In this document: positions 36,462 to 49,345 of the stretch, piece by piece
Layout of the letters: each line of letters starts with the position of its first letter
Position numbering within the stretch: the stretch's first letter is position 1
Position numbers and translations under genes: made by a program
NCBI GenBank assembly: GCA_030264375.1
Contig: JASCQW010000081.1
Coordinates: 29,552,504 to 29,616,503, forward strand
Length of the DNA stretch: 64,000 nt
From: Carcharhinus longimanus
Lineage: Eukaryota
Direction of reading: 5' to 3'
Notes under the pieces: model-generated
Database searches by the model: none
What the model was told of the DNA's origin: nothing
Seen by the model: only the letters and a program-made list of their open reading frames with translations

Positions 36462-37139
36462 TGGCAGAATCTTCCATTCTGGAGCCTGATGGCAGGCGGG
36501 AAAGACAGCATGATTCCTGTTGGGTGGCAGGATGGTTGGATGCACAAATCTTCTACTGTTCAGTTCATTAATTACGTATCCCTGAGGAATTTGGCTGTGT
36601 GGGTAGGAAATGACCAGCCCCGCTGTTACTGCATTGGGCTCAAGATCAAGCGTCATTTTTAAAGGGCATCCAGACAGCTATTCACTCAGTACAAGCCAGG
36701 AACTCTGCTTTACTCCTCCAGAGTACTTGCAGCTGCACCCCGCACTGGAGAAGCAGGCAGATGTGAGTAACCACATCATGGGACATCCGAGGCACCTCTG
36801 GCAGTGCCTTCCACTTATCCTAGATGAGAGCAATATATCCATGTTTGCCAGCAGCTTAATTATCTAGAGGCACCACTGCTTCTTGTTGTTCAGGCCCTTG
36901 CTCCTACTGGCCCTATGCCAACCTGTGATGGACCCCCTCCTCCTTATCTGGATGGGAACTGTTAATAAGGCAGAGTTGCCTGCAGCCTGCATCATCAACA
37001 CTTCAATGGATTGTGAACAAATTCAAGTGATACTTTTAGTCAACATGACCTTTACAGGTTTCTCTCTATTTCAAACCCAGTGCCAAATTAAATTCTACCC
37101 TCTACCATGATTCTAACTGTTTGCACAAAGATTCTGCCC
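36462..37139. mobile_element. Non-autonomous DNA transposon (PIF/Harbinger-like MITE), about 680 bp
   Basis: Perfect 11-bp TIR ggcagaatctt (36463-36473) / aagattctgcc (37128-37138), with 3-bp flanks ACA/ACA. Confidence 0.7.
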
Positions 37140-37427
37140 ACAGAATTTCTGGCTTAATTATTCATGCAGATGGAGAGGCTTTCTGTGTTTTGAGAATGCC
37201 TTCAATGGCCAGGATACAGAAGTTCTGCCCTGAAACCTAACTCCCACCATTTTTACAGTTCTGGGAATGCAGGACCAGTCAATTTTTGCACAGCTATGGT
37301 TCATGGAGGCCGTTGCACGTGTTAAAGTGTAGTTGCTTTCAGTTTGATGTAACTTTTGCAAGGAAGCAGCAGGAAATAATGATGTGTGCACTCTATATTT
37401 GATAGAAGAAGGCCTAAACTTACTGGA

Positions 37428-37705
37428 CATAAGAACATAAGAAATAGGAGCAGGAGTAGGCCATCTAGCCCTTCGAGCCTGCCCCGCCATTCAATAAGNN
37501 NNNNNNNNNNNNNNNNNNNNNNNNNNNNNNNNNNNNNNNNNNNNNNNNNNNNNNNNNNNNNNNNNNNNNNNNNNNNNNNNNNNNNNNNNNNNNNNNNNTT
37601 CACCACCCTTTGAGTGAAGAAGTTCCTCCTCAACTCTGATCTAAACTGCCCCCCCCCCTTATCTTGAGGCTGTGCCCTCTAGTCCTGCTATCCTTTCTAA
37701 GCGGG
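37428..37705 (-). mobile_element. Young HER1 3' end spanning a gap
   Basis: cataagaacataagaaataggagcaggagtaggcc tail, with MRRNFFTQRVV on the minus strand. Confidence 0.9.
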
Positions 37706-38004
37706 AGTTTGGAGAGGTAAGGAACCTTTTTGCATATGATCCAGGGACAATTTTAGAAGGGGCCAGGTGCCCTTAGGGTGAAATCAAGTGCCCTTCGGGA
37801 TTGTTAAAAGTGGGCATCAATATGCATAAAAAAACGATAAACTCATTGGAGTGTCAAGCTGATTGGAGCTGTCAAGGAGTCAAGCTGTCAAGTCATTTAA
37901 CTCTTCTGCCCTTTAAATATTTGTAAAAAAAACTGTCTGCAGCGTTGAATAAAATCAATGCTTGCTATTTCACTCTAAGCATTAACATAATTGATCAAGC
38001 AATG

Positions 38005-38296
38005 ACTGGCACAGTGGCACACTAGTTAGCATGCTGCCTCACCGCACCAGGGATTTAGTTTCAATTCTGGCCTTGGGTGACTGTATGGAGTTTGCACTCT
38101 GTGTCTGCGCGGATTTTCTTTGGGTGCTTCGGTTTCTGGCTTCACAGTCCATAGATGTGCAGGTGGATTGACCATTCTAAATTATCCCTCAGTGTCCCAA
38201 AGTGTATAGATTAGGGGAATTAGAGAGGTAAATGCCTGGAGTTATAGGGACAGAATGGCCTCCCTCTGTACTGTAGGGATTCTAGATTCTATGATT
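38005..38296 (+). mobile_element. HE1 SINE
   Basis: ggcacagtggcac..agttagc..gctgcctca head, HE1 core, and gtagggattcta tail. Confidence 0.88.
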
Positions 38297-38497
38297 AACG
38301 TGAAAGTATCATTAGCACAACAGGGTGCCTGTCATAGTTTAATTGACAGCTCCAACTCTTGGAGTGGGAATATGAATTAAAGTGCTTGTTCTTATGAAAC
38401 ATAAATGGAAATTAAATGTAATCAATGGGTTTCTATTACTGGGAGCAAATTTTTTAAAAATAGTGAATTCATCAATAGCCATTGAAGAACTTGAAGA

Positions 38498-38707
38498 TAA
38501 AAGCAAAATAGTACAGGTGCTGGAATCTGAAACAAAAACAGAAAATGCTGGAACATCTCAGCAGGCCCAACAACATCTGTGGAGAGAGAGTAGCCAGGTC
38601 ATCATGTCTCAAAATGTTGGCTCTATTCTTGAGTCAGGATGACCCTGACTACTCTCCACCTATGCTGTCAGGCCTGCCGAGATTTGCCAGCATTTTCTGG
38701 TTTTGTG
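38498..38707. mobile_element. Inverted pair of PLE terminal fragments
   Basis: acaaaaacagaaaatgctggaacatctcagcaggcc..tgtggagag mirrored by ctctccac..ggcctgccgagatttgccagcattttctggttttgt. Confidence 0.75.
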
Positions 38708-38899
38708 ACTGAAGAATTTTATTTAATTAATGGTCCTGATGTCTGCTCATGGTAGATACTGGATAAATTAGCATGAAGGGTGCAAGGACAAAGGGTAGTA
38801 ATGTAGTAGGGGGCATGGGCAGGTTGGCATGAGTTGACACTCAACTGACATTAGGGCTATAAAGGCCCACGGGTCTGGACAGAGATGTATGGAATCAAA

Positions 38900-39200
38900 T
38901 AATTCATAGAAGGAGGCCATTTGGCCCATCGAGTCTGCACTGACCACAGTCCCACCCAGGCCCTGTTCCCGTAACTCCACACATTTACCCTGCTAATCCC
39001 CCTGACGCGAGAGTCAACTTAGTGTGGCCAATCCACCTAACCTGCACATCTTTGGACTGTGGGAGGAAACCGGAGCATCTGCAGGAAACCCACGCAAACA
39101 CAGGGAGAATGTGCAAACTTCACAGATAGTGACCTGGGCTGGAATTGAACCTGGGTTCCTGGCTCTGTGAGACAGCAGTGCTAATCACTGTGCCACCATG
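38900..39200 (-). mobile_element. HE1 SINE
   Basis: Full core, with head cagcagtgctaatcactgtgccacc on the + strand. Confidence 0.92.
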
Positions 39201-40304
39201 GCAATCCCCTATGGGTTGGCATATGGGATATAAAGAGCCATGATGGAGGTCAGAGGTTAGCATAGAAATCATAAAGATCAATAAGGGCATGGTGGAGGAG
39301 CATAGGTTAGCACAGAGGGCATGAACAGCTGTGGAAATTGGGTAGAGGGACGTAGGTTAGCATGGGACCATGAGATGACAGGGTTGGCATGGAATGGGGA
39401 TTGTATATGTGAGGAGGGAGTATGGTGAGGAAGGGTGAGGGCTGTTTTTTGGTTTTATTCTTTGTTTTGTTGCAGTGCCAGAGTACCAAGGCAAGCCTTT
39501 GCACTCAGCCACACTTGTGCTACCTATGAACTGTTTCCAGGGCAGCAGGCCTGACTCCCATTTCACCCCACATCCCACTTCCCCTGCCATTCTTCCACCC
39601 AACCCGCCCACCCCGCCGCCAACTATCCATGGCACTTTTTCCCAGGTCAGGTTTGTGGAGTCAAACATTATCCTGACTGTGTTCCTGACCTGGGAGTGAA
39701 AATTCAGGCCTCTGTTTCCATACATATTTGACTCTTGGTTTTCACGGCTGTATCTCTCTTTCATTCGTTGTACAGTAGGTGTTTATTTTATCTTTTTCTG
39801 GAGCTAAATTATTCACCTCTAATGCTAAATGTAGATTATTCATTGAATTTATTTAGATTTGTTTTAGGTGCCTTTATTGCTCAGTTTAATTTAATTAACC
39901 TTTTTATCTTATTAAGATCACTTTTTATTTAAATTTGATTATTTACTTAAACCTACCAGTTAGGTTTTTGCCCATGAATTTTACTTATTAATTTCTATTT
40001 ATTTTTAATGTAGTAGCTGCAAGGTCCACAAGGCACCTCAAACTTAAATTGGCTGCTAATTAGCCATGCATCTCTGTACTGGCAGGGATGACCTCACAGA
40101 ATGGGAGCTCACTGTTTACAAAGGTGCAATTCTCCCGGGTTGTTAGCAGCAACACCTGGGAGATTCATGTTCCATTCTTCATGAGAATGCACTGCAGGTC
40201 AGATGAAATTGTTCCATGGGCCATATGTTTGACACCATGGTCTACACCAGATATCTTCACTGACATTTTGAGCTTACAATTAACACCAATCTTGTGAGTC
40301 TACT

Positions 40305-40627
40305 TAAAGTTTAAAGTTTTCAAAGTTTATTTACTGGTGTCATAAGTAGGCTTACATTAACACTGCAATGAAGTTACCATTAAAAATCCCTAGTCGCCAC
40401 AAATCTGGCACCTGTTCGGGTACAGTCAGGGAGAATTTAGCATGGTCACTGCACCTAATCAGCATGTCTTTCAGACTGTTGAAGGAAACCGGAGCACTAG
40501 GAGGAAACCCATGAAGACATGGAGAGAACATGCAAATTCCACACAGACAGTGACCCAAGCCAGGAATCGAACCCAGGTCCCTGGTGCTGTGAGGTAACAG
40601 TGCTAACTACTGTGCTGCTGTGCCATC
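40305..40627 (-). mobile_element. HE1 SINE, gtaagcc-tail subfamily
   Basis: (aaagttt)n tail, HE1 core, and B-box gggttcgattcc on the minus strand. Confidence 0.92.
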
Positions 40628-41552
40628 CAAGTATGATTAAGCAAAGTGTTCTTTTTTTCTGGACTTTCTCCTTCTCAAACATGATAATAAACAGATCCAA
40701 TCTTTATCTTTTGCTGAGTCCATTTTGGAATCCCAACCAAATAGGAATTCTGGTGTTTCCCTCCCTGCCTCGCAGTCTGATTATTTTTCACTGACACTGC
40801 ACAATCCATGTCAGATGTTATGGGCTCATTATTATAATTGAGAGTGTGCCTGACCCAAGGTGATTACAGATCGCCTGCATCCAGTGCAAATTGAGAGGAT
40901 CTCAAATAAAATTCTCACATTCTTGCAACTTTCATTTAATTGATTTTAGAGGTGAGGTTCACTTTAAATTAGTGTAGTTCATTCTTTGGTGCAAAAATCA
41001 AATACACACTAATGCCCACTGTAACAGATGTTTTACTTTTAAGTGCATGAAAGATTTACAGATTTATGTTGTATTAGTGACTCTTGTTAATATCCAAAGT
41101 ACAATATGCTCCTGGCAGGGCCAAATGTTTTCTCCACTCTTTTATATTCTCTGGCTTTCTATCTGCTAAAGCTTTAAAAATGGTTCTGAGTGATCAAAAT
41201 AATTTTTTTCACTACACTTCAGGCAGAATGTGACTGGGTTCCATCTGTTAGAAACCTATTCCTGACTTCCTCCGGCAGTCTCGAATTCAAATACATCCAT
41301 TATGTACAGGTGTTTGAGGTAGTTTATATTAGATTGATTTATAACAAACAAATTTCTATATTGAAATCTCAATTGTTCAGAAAGTGATCATTATCAGTCA
41401 CAGTCTGCATGTATAACGGATTCTGATTAATTTTAAGGAGTAGTTACTGGACTATTAAAATGTTGCCCTAAAAATTATAATTGAAGCTAATTTTATTGTA
41501 TTAGTACCTGTTGTTTCTAATCCCTGTGATTTTTAAAGTACTTTTCATTATG

Positions 41553-41900
41553 GGACGACATGGCGGCAGTGCACATCACTGCCTCACAGTACCAGGGATC
41601 TGGATTCGATTCCAGCCTTATATGACTGTCTGTGTGGAGTTTGCACATTTTCCCCGTGTTTGCATGAGTTTCCTCTAGGTGCTAGGTTTTATCTCACAGT
41701 CCAAAGATGTGCAGGGTAGGTGGATTTNNNNTGCTAAATGGCCCTTTACTCTCCCAAGACATGTAGGTTAGAGGCGATTGAAGATAAATGCGTGGAGTTA
41801 CGCGGATAGGGCAGGGAGTTTGCCTGGGTGAGATGCTGTCAGAGAGTTAGTGCAGACTCGATGGGCCAAATGGCCTCCTTCTGACCTGTAGGGATTCTGT
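41553..41900 (+). mobile_element. HE1 SINE
   Basis: cactgcctcacagtaccaggga..ttcgattcc head, core, and gggccaaatggcctccttctg tail. Confidence 0.9.
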
Positions 41901-43917
41901 GCTACTACGATTTCAATAACTCATGGGAAGGATGAGCACCAATTTACAAAATATATGATACTTTGTGAGGACAGAGGAATCGAGGGTTCAAGACCCGAAT
42001 GTTTTCCTCCCATCTCTCACATCGAATTCTTTTCTTAGTACTCTGAGACCCTAGTGTCACTGCTTCCAATTGCTGCCAGAGGTTTGCAACATCTCACATA
42101 GTGCTTGCAGGTTAGATGCTCTACCACCCAACCAACCAATTACAGTATTTCACAGGACTGCTATCCCAATACTTCCACTTTCTACCTTGCCCCTCCCAGT
42201 GATCTCCCTTCCCTGTATTTCTCATGTCCCAGGATTTCCCTCACAGGCTGTCAAAGGCTGGGATTTCCACCCAGAAGAGAAAAACAGTTTGGATCATTCT
42301 TCTTCTTTCCCTGTTTTACTGTTTCTTACTTCTGGGTCTGCATCCAGTGATCCTAAAATCTGGACCACTCTCCAAATGCTGCCACAGTCCTCCCAGTGCT
42401 ACGACAACATGGTTCTCCCTGCATTTCCACATTCCATCACCCTCCCATCAAGCCTTTACAACACTGTTGTACCATTGCCTGCTACTATATCATCCAGAGT
42501 GCTCTTCATGACTCCCACAATCCAAAAATTGAACTTCCCTTCAACCCAATATCTTCCTCTCGTAAATCTAGCTGCGAGTATTTGATCCTGAAATTGGAAA
42601 CGTATTCCGTTACCAAGCAAACATTCTAAACTGAAGGGCACCCTCCCCTGAAGAACGTAACGACAAGAGTTTTGCAGAAATTCCTTTCATGATATAGTTT
42701 ACATGTGCACTTCCTGGACTAATTGTAACGCATCACTTCACACATGTCTGTTGAATAACAACTGAAATTTAAATGGGAAGAAATACATTTTTAAAAAATT
42801 GGCAGTGGGAGTGAATTTTGCATAGCTTTTGCACTAATGGGTGCTTCTTTTCAAGAGACAAAGAAAGTTTTGGTGTGATTTTTCATCATTATTGACTTTT
42901 CTCTGCATTAGTATCGGAGTCTCCTGTTGGCGACAGGGTGAACTGAAGTTAGAGCAACTGTGCAGTGCCCTACAGTGGAAAGAGACAAACTCAGTTTCTA
43001 ATACCCATGATTTGCATTAGCACAGGGATAACACTGATCAGAAAATAAGGGAGAAGAGATAAAGAGACTTCTCAAATGCATTCCTGTGCATTTCCTTGTA
43101 CTTCAGTCAAATAGTGGCAGTGATTTTGCACCAAACAACCCTCTGCGTAGCACATTTTCAAAGAACTGTAAAAGAGATAAGACAAGAAAATTATGTGCTT
43201 GATTTTAAATGGCCCCAGAAATGTGTTTGCTATGCAAGAAGCTAGAAAATAATAGTTTCCTTAGATAACCTTTTTACAAACATCTCAAAAATTTAACAAA
43301 TGCCTTAAGATTCCTATATTCTTACCTACATCTCTCCGGTTCCACCAGCTACATTTTCCTGAAATATCTACTCCCCCTTCAAGGTATTTGATTTTCCATT
43401 TCAACCATTCCCAACTTTTCAATACTTTACCTATATCCTTTTATCGCTATTTTTGTTTTTTTGCACCAGCCTGCATTTCTATCCATTACTGCCTTTCTTC
43501 AGCCATCGTGGTGTACCTCATGCTGACTTCTACATCCGTCAAAATTGCATGCTCACTCTTTCCCTGGCTGAAAATACATTGTGTTTTCACAGTAGCGCGG
43601 CTTCATAATCCACAAGCAATCTAAAATCACAAAATAATTATGAAGGCCATTCTCAATTTATTCATCCAGCATAATCCTAGCATCGATTTAATGTAGAATT
43701 AATTATCTTAATGATCTCATGGTTTTAGTCTCCACACCTTTTTTCATTCTGGGGATGTGGGAGTTGTTGTCAAAGTCGACATTTATTGTCCTTCCTTGTA
43801 TTTGATTGGCCTTCAAGGCTATTTGATAGAGGTGTTCAAAAGGTTTAATAGAAATATTCAAATTATGAAGGGTCTGCACAAAGTAGACAAGGGTCCAACC
43901 TTTGTGGCTGTTCGTAC

Positions 43918-44084
43918 AGGTGGAATCTTGTGGTCAGGCTAACAGTGCATCCATGCCATGGGTTTCCCAGCAATATTCCCAATCCCATTGACAGTGGCAG
44001 GACCAGAAGATCCCACCATTAGCCAATGGCGCGTTGCCTCCTGCCATGATAAAAATTCCACAGGAAGGCTAGAGAATCCCACCT
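43918..44084. mobile_element. Short MITE
   Basis: Imperfect TIR aggtggaatct / agaatcccacct with a GC-richer interior. Confidence 0.5.
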
Positions 44085-44561
44085 AAGGACAGTAGCTTCA
44101 CCTGTTGCTCAAATTTACAAGACACTTTGTTTACTACTTGCATACCTAATTAATTCCTTAATTTCACCTATTCTGATTTTACCTCCCTCCCACTTTGTTG
44201 TCAACCAGATTTGACCACTTCGTATTGAGTTTCTGAATTCACTCATTTATGTAAATTAGATATGGTGGTGGTCCCAGCATTGAGAAGGCACTCCACTCTC
44301 TTCATCCAACATGAATCCTCTCAACAAATGCTCATTGTCTCATATCCTTTACCTAGTCTCTTTTCCATTGACTCCTTCATAATTATTGTCAGCATGTCAA
44401 AACCCTCTTGCTCAGTTTTTCTCAGCAATCAGACTAAATATTGCTCACCTCTAGCGATGTAGTTGCTTTGAGCGCATTATACATGATTAGAACTAGATAT
44501 TTGTAATGAATTTATCAATTTTTACTTGCAATATTTTTGGGGAGGCTATTTTGTAAACAAA

Positions 44562-44795
44562 TAACAAAGAAAAGTACAACACAGGGACAGGCCATTGAGC
44601 ACACCAAGTCAGTCCCGAGCATAATGCCCTAACTAAGCTCAAAAAAAACTTTCTGTCCTTACTCAGTCCATTCCTCTATTCCCTCGCTATTCATTTATCC
44701 ATCGAGATACCTCTTAGATGTTGCTAATGTGCCTACTAGCACCACCTCCTCTGGCAGCATGTTCCAGGCATTCATTACTTTCTGTGTGAAAACGT
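44562..44795 (-). mobile_element. HER1 3' end
   Basis: aacaaagaaaagtacaacacagg.acaggcc tail and ctggcagc.tgttccaggca...tgtgtgaaaa. Confidence 0.8.
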
Positions 44796-44983
44796 CTTTT
44801 GAACATTTAGAGGAGATATTTCTTCTGAATATTTATTATTTTGTGCTCATCCTCAGTTTCAAACCCTCGTGCGGCTTTTTTTGATTATTACCTCTTCTCT
44901 TACTGCCATCTTCTTATGGTACTCAAAGATTTTATTTTACTATTGTACTTGTTTTCTAAGCAAGATCCCTCTTTTCCACACTT

Positions 44984-45320
44984 AGGGCCAGATTTTACCA
45001 TCAGGTCGTGCCATTTTCGGGCGTGAAAACTTGGTAAAGTTGGGCGTGATGCGAGTCGTGCAATCTGCGCCTGTCTCTACCCCGGTTCGTGCTTTACCAA
45101 GGCCTGAAATGGGTGGGACAGCTATGTAAATGCATTTGCTTGCATTTAAATTGACTTAATGGGCTGCACGCCCAACATTACCGTTTCCCCTTTACCACTG
45201 CGTTCGCCCATCCAGATTTGGCACGAAACACACACGCTCTACAAAAGTCCGATTCAGGCACTCTGGTTAGTGAGGAGGTAAATGCTGAGCATCTGATGGC
45301 TCTTTGCTTGAGATTGTTGT
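44984..45320. mobile_element. Partial CpG-rich TIR element (Harbinger-like MITE end)
   Basis: Starts gggccagattttacc, like the other TIR ends in the window. The interior retains CpGs. Confidence 0.45.
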
Positions 45321-45321
45321 C

Positions 45322-45350
45322 TGTGCGTGTGTGTGTGTGTGTATGTGTGT
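45322..45350. repeat. (GT)n microsatellite
   Basis: tgtgcgtgtgtgtgtgtgtgtatgtgtgt. Confidence 0.85.
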
Positions 45351-45479
45351 TGGGGGGGTTGCCATCTGCTTGTGATCAGTGAGAGGAAAGGTGATTATGG
45401 GTATAATTTGCAAATGTTATTAACTCTTCAAGTTGTAGTAAACACGAAGAAAAATATGATAGACTTCAGGAAGGCATAG

Positions 45480-46570
45480 GCGAATTGCTGTGACATGCAT
45501 ACACATGGCAGATGAAACTTAATGCAGAAAATTGTGAGATAATACAATTAGATAAGAAGGATGAAAACAAGGCAATACATGCTATAATACAAATTTATAG
45601 GGGTGCAAACACCAGGTGGTGTTTGTGCACGAATCTTTGAAGATAGCAGGACAGATTCAAACAAAATTAAGAAACATCTGGTCTCCAGGGCTTCAAAAAT
45701 GGAGGCAAGAAGGACAAAAGCCAGGATGTCAGGATAAAGCATGAGTTTGGGGCTTAGTTGGAGTAATGCATCCAATTCTGGTCAGGAATTAGGAAGAACA
45801 TGAGGTAGAGAGGCTACAGAAGAGATTTACTAGAATAGTTCAAGGGATGAGGGATTATATTTACTTGGAATGAGCATTGTTCACTTTAGAATATACATTG
45901 CTCTCTTTAGAACAGAGAAGGCTCAGAGGAGATTTGATTGACATGTTTACATCATGAAAAATTTATTTGATTTGATTTATTATTGTCACATGTATTGGAT
46001 AAAGTGAAAAGTATTGTTTCTTGCACACTATACAAAGCATACTATTCTTAGAGAAGGAGAGGAGAGTGCAGAATGTAGTGTTATAATCGTAGCTAGGATG
46101 TAGAGAAAGATCAACTTAATGCAATAGATCAACTTAATAGATAGAATAAATAATGAGAAACTGTTTCCAATGGCTCAAAAGGTGATAACCAGAGCGTACA
46201 GATTTAAGATGATACAAGAGCCAAAGCTGACACAAGGAAGAGCATTTCTTATAGAATGAGTGGTTCGGANNNNNNNNNNNNNNNNNNNNNNNNNNNNNNN
46301 NNNNNNNNNNNNNNNNNNNNNNNNNNNNNNNNNNNNNNNNNNNNNNNNNNNNNNNNNNNNNNNNNNNNNGGTTAGGATTTGGAATCACTGCCAGATAGGT
46401 TGGTGGACAAAGTTTCATTATAATCTGCAAAAGGGAATTGGTTAAATATTTCAGGAGCAAAATTTGCAGGAAATTGAAGAAAGAGTAAGACCATCTGGAT
46501 TGCTCAGGAGAAGAGCCAGTGTGGAATGAATTGGCCAAATAGCTTATTTCTGTCCTATGATTCCATGGTT
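45480..46570 (+). mobile_element. Highly degraded CR1 3' region
   Basis: tggcagatgaaa.ttaatgcaga.aa.tgtgag, cagaagagatttactagaat, and aggctcagaggagatttgat. Confidence 0.7.
45960..46122 (-). mobile_element. 3' end of a different LINE (possibly Rex1-like) nested in CR1
   Basis: (atttg)n tail followed by attattgtcacatgtattgg..agtgaaaagtattgtttcttgc. Confidence 0.6.
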
Positions 46571-47873
46571 CTAATTTTCTGACTTGTCCTACAACCTTAT
46601 GAGCTAAGAGCATGCATTGGAAATTCTGGTATGTGCTAACCACAATTTTCCAATCATTTAAAGTCCAAATTCCTGCCATACATGTCCAGTGAGTAAAGGA
46701 ACACTAAGTCAGAAACTGATCACAAATGTGTTGCACTTTGATAAATACAGACTATAATTGTATTTTAAGTTCTGGAAAAATAATTGGTTCATTCTTGTAT
46801 CTTTCTCTCCTATTCGACAAAGGACAATTTGAATACTGGGTCCTGTTTTTGAAGGGATGAAAATGGAAGTAGAAAATAATGGAGGATAGTGAAGAAAATA
46901 GAGTGGGAGAAGAGTGCCCTGATCATTAATATCCATCTGTCATAGTTTCCATGACTCATTCTGCATCTTTCCAGTCTATCTTAGTTCGTCTCTTATGCTG
47001 TTTCCTTTTCTTCTCTCCAAGGGCACCTTAAGCTCTGAATTTCAAAACCATAAAATTAATCAAATGTTCAAAGTGCCAATATTTTTAGTTTTGAAGTATA
47101 TTTTGTTTCACTCATATGTCTCAGGTTTGCCTCAAGTACAGTGACTATAGGAAGCTGTTTTAATTTAGTAGCAGTAATCCCCCACCACAAAAGTGTCAAA
47201 TCAATACCAGTTAAGGAGATTAATTATTTAGACCTCACCAGCTTTTAATTAGTTAGCTATTTCTGAGGAATAGATTTGGTTTCAATATTGATGTGCAACA
47301 ATATGGTTACCTCATTGTTAAAACTCCTATTATGGAAGGTTGGTCTGGTCTTGAGAAATCTGAACATGAAAATTTTTATTGTGAGTACTGAATGCAGCTG
47401 GAAGAAATACTGTATGTGTTCCTCTGAGGGACTTACAAGATATCCGGTGTTCAACTTCAGGCTTTGTAATGTAATTGAGCTTATGTAGATGTAGAAACAT
47501 ATTTCCTTGAAACTAGAAGATTGAACTAGGGCTGTGACTTAAAAAAAATAAAAACTGCACATGTGTTTCTGGGAAGGTTGGATGAAGAGTAGAGTCAGCT
47601 GTGATGCTTCTCTCATTGTAATGGGCAACATTGCATTTTAATCTCTTCCCCTCCCCTGTCCATCCAATCTCATGTGCACCTTCCATGACATCAATATGAT
47701 CTGTATCTCCTTCTTGTTGGTGAAGCACTTAATAATTATTCAACTGAAACTGGGTTTGTTTCCAGCCAGATATGCAGATTATTGGGATTTATAAAATAGT
47801 ACACTTTTCTTACAGCTGCTCTGTGTGAGATTGCCAGTTTAATGCTGAAAAATGATAAGGCTTATGTTGAATG

Positions 47874-48285
47874 GTAGAATCCTTACAGTGCAGAAGGAGA
47901 CCATTTGGCCCATGAAGTCTGCATTAACAACAATCCCACCCAGTCCCTATCCCCATAACCCCACATATTTACCCCACTAATCCTGAGACACTAAGGGGCA
48001 ATTTAGCATGGCCAATCAACCTAACCTGCACATCTCTAGGCTATGATGTGGAGATGCCGGTGTTGGACTGGGGTAAACACAGTAAAAAGTCTGACAACAC
48101 CTGGTGTTGTCAGACTTCTTACCATCTCTAGGCTGTGGCAGAAAACCGGAGCACCCAGACAAAACCCACGCTGACACAGGGACAATGCGCAAACTCTACA
48201 CAGACAGTGACCTAAGCCGGGAATCAAACCCAGATCTCTGGAGCTGTGAGGCAGCAGTGTTAACCACTATGTCATCGTGTTGCCC
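47874..48285 (-). mobile_element. HE1 SINE interrupted by a PLE mini-insertion
   Basis: HE1 tail, core and head are collinear on both sides of 48043-48122. Confidence 0.9.
48043..48122 (-). mobile_element. 80-bp Penelope-like mini-insertion with internal palindrome and 12-bp TSD
   Basis: TSD catctctaggct (48031-48042 and 48123-48134). 20-bp inverted arms at 48082-48101 and 48103-48122 with 1 mismatch. Confidence 0.88.
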
Positions 48286-48524
48286 GTGCTGTACTTGCTA
48301 TCAGCTTTGTGGTGTATTTGTGATGTAGAATGGGTGGAAGAAAATCATCATTTGGGACTTTTTTGATTGGCAACGTTTGTCAAGGCAAACATTGCCGATT
48401 AGAATCAGATTAGATAAAACTAATCAGCCTCATTTGTTGCTAATTGTCTAAATAGAGAGTATAAATACAGATGGATTGTAAAATTACATTCATGACAATT
48501 ATCCCACAGCCTACATTTTTAAAA

Positions 48525-49345
48525 TTTATTAGTTCATGGGATATGGTAATGTTGGCAAGGCCAGCATTTATTGCTCATTCCTAATCACCCCTGAGTACCT
48601 TCATGGACCACTGCAGTTCATGTGTATGTAACCCACAGTGTTGTTAGAGAGGCAGTTCCAGAAATTTGATCCAGCAAGAGTGAAGAAACAGTGATGTATC
48701 TCCAAATCAGGATGGCATGTGGCTTGGTGGTGAATTTCCAGGTGATGGTATTCACATGCATCTGCTGCCCTTGTATTTTGTAGATGGCACACTCTGCTGG
48801 CATTGTGTGTCAGAGTTGGAGGGACTGAATGTTTAAATTGTTGGATGGGCAGCCAATCATGCAGACTACTTTGTCCTGAATGGTGTTGAATTTCTTGAGT
48901 GTTGTTGGAGCTACATCCATGCAGACAAATGGAGAGCATCCCATCACACTCCTGATTTGTGCCTTGTTGATTGTGGTCAAGCAAGGGACGAGTTACTCGC
49001 CGTGGTATTTATATGGTCAGTTTCAGTTCAGTAATAACTCCCAGGATGTTGATAGTGGGGAGTCAGTAATGATAATACCATTAACTGTCAAGGGGAGGTG
49101 GTTAGATTTCATCTTGTTGGAGAAGGTCATTGCCTGGTATTTGTGTGGCACAAATGTTCCTGGAGACTTATCAGCCCAAGCCTAAATGTTGCCCAGGTGT
49201 TGCTGCTTATGGGCACAGATTGTTTCAGTTTCTGAGGAGTTGCTAATGATGCTACACATTGTGAAACAATCAGCAAACATTCCAACTCCTGACCTTATCA
49301 TGAAGGGAAGGTTATTGATAAATTAGCTGAAAAAGGGCCTAGGAC
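48525..49345 (-). mobile_element. L2/CR1-superfamily LINE 3' region, degraded
   Basis: Reverse complement of the 58485-58912 element (ttgtcctga.tggtgttg...gttgttggagct.catccat.cag.caa.tggagag), continuing into the RT region. Confidence 0.75.

Larger units (their letters stand above)
37744..39710. mobile_element. Old TIR-type element (8233 family) hosting two HE1 SINEs and a PLE inverted pair
   Basis: Ends gggacaatttt / ggagtgaaaattcaggcc. Internal gttggcatgagttg motifs. Confidence 0.4.

Noticed and set aside
42070-42585. Longest gap-free ORF (171 aa)
   Set aside because: TTG start, no recognisable domain or splice structure; likely chance or antisense to a decayed TE.
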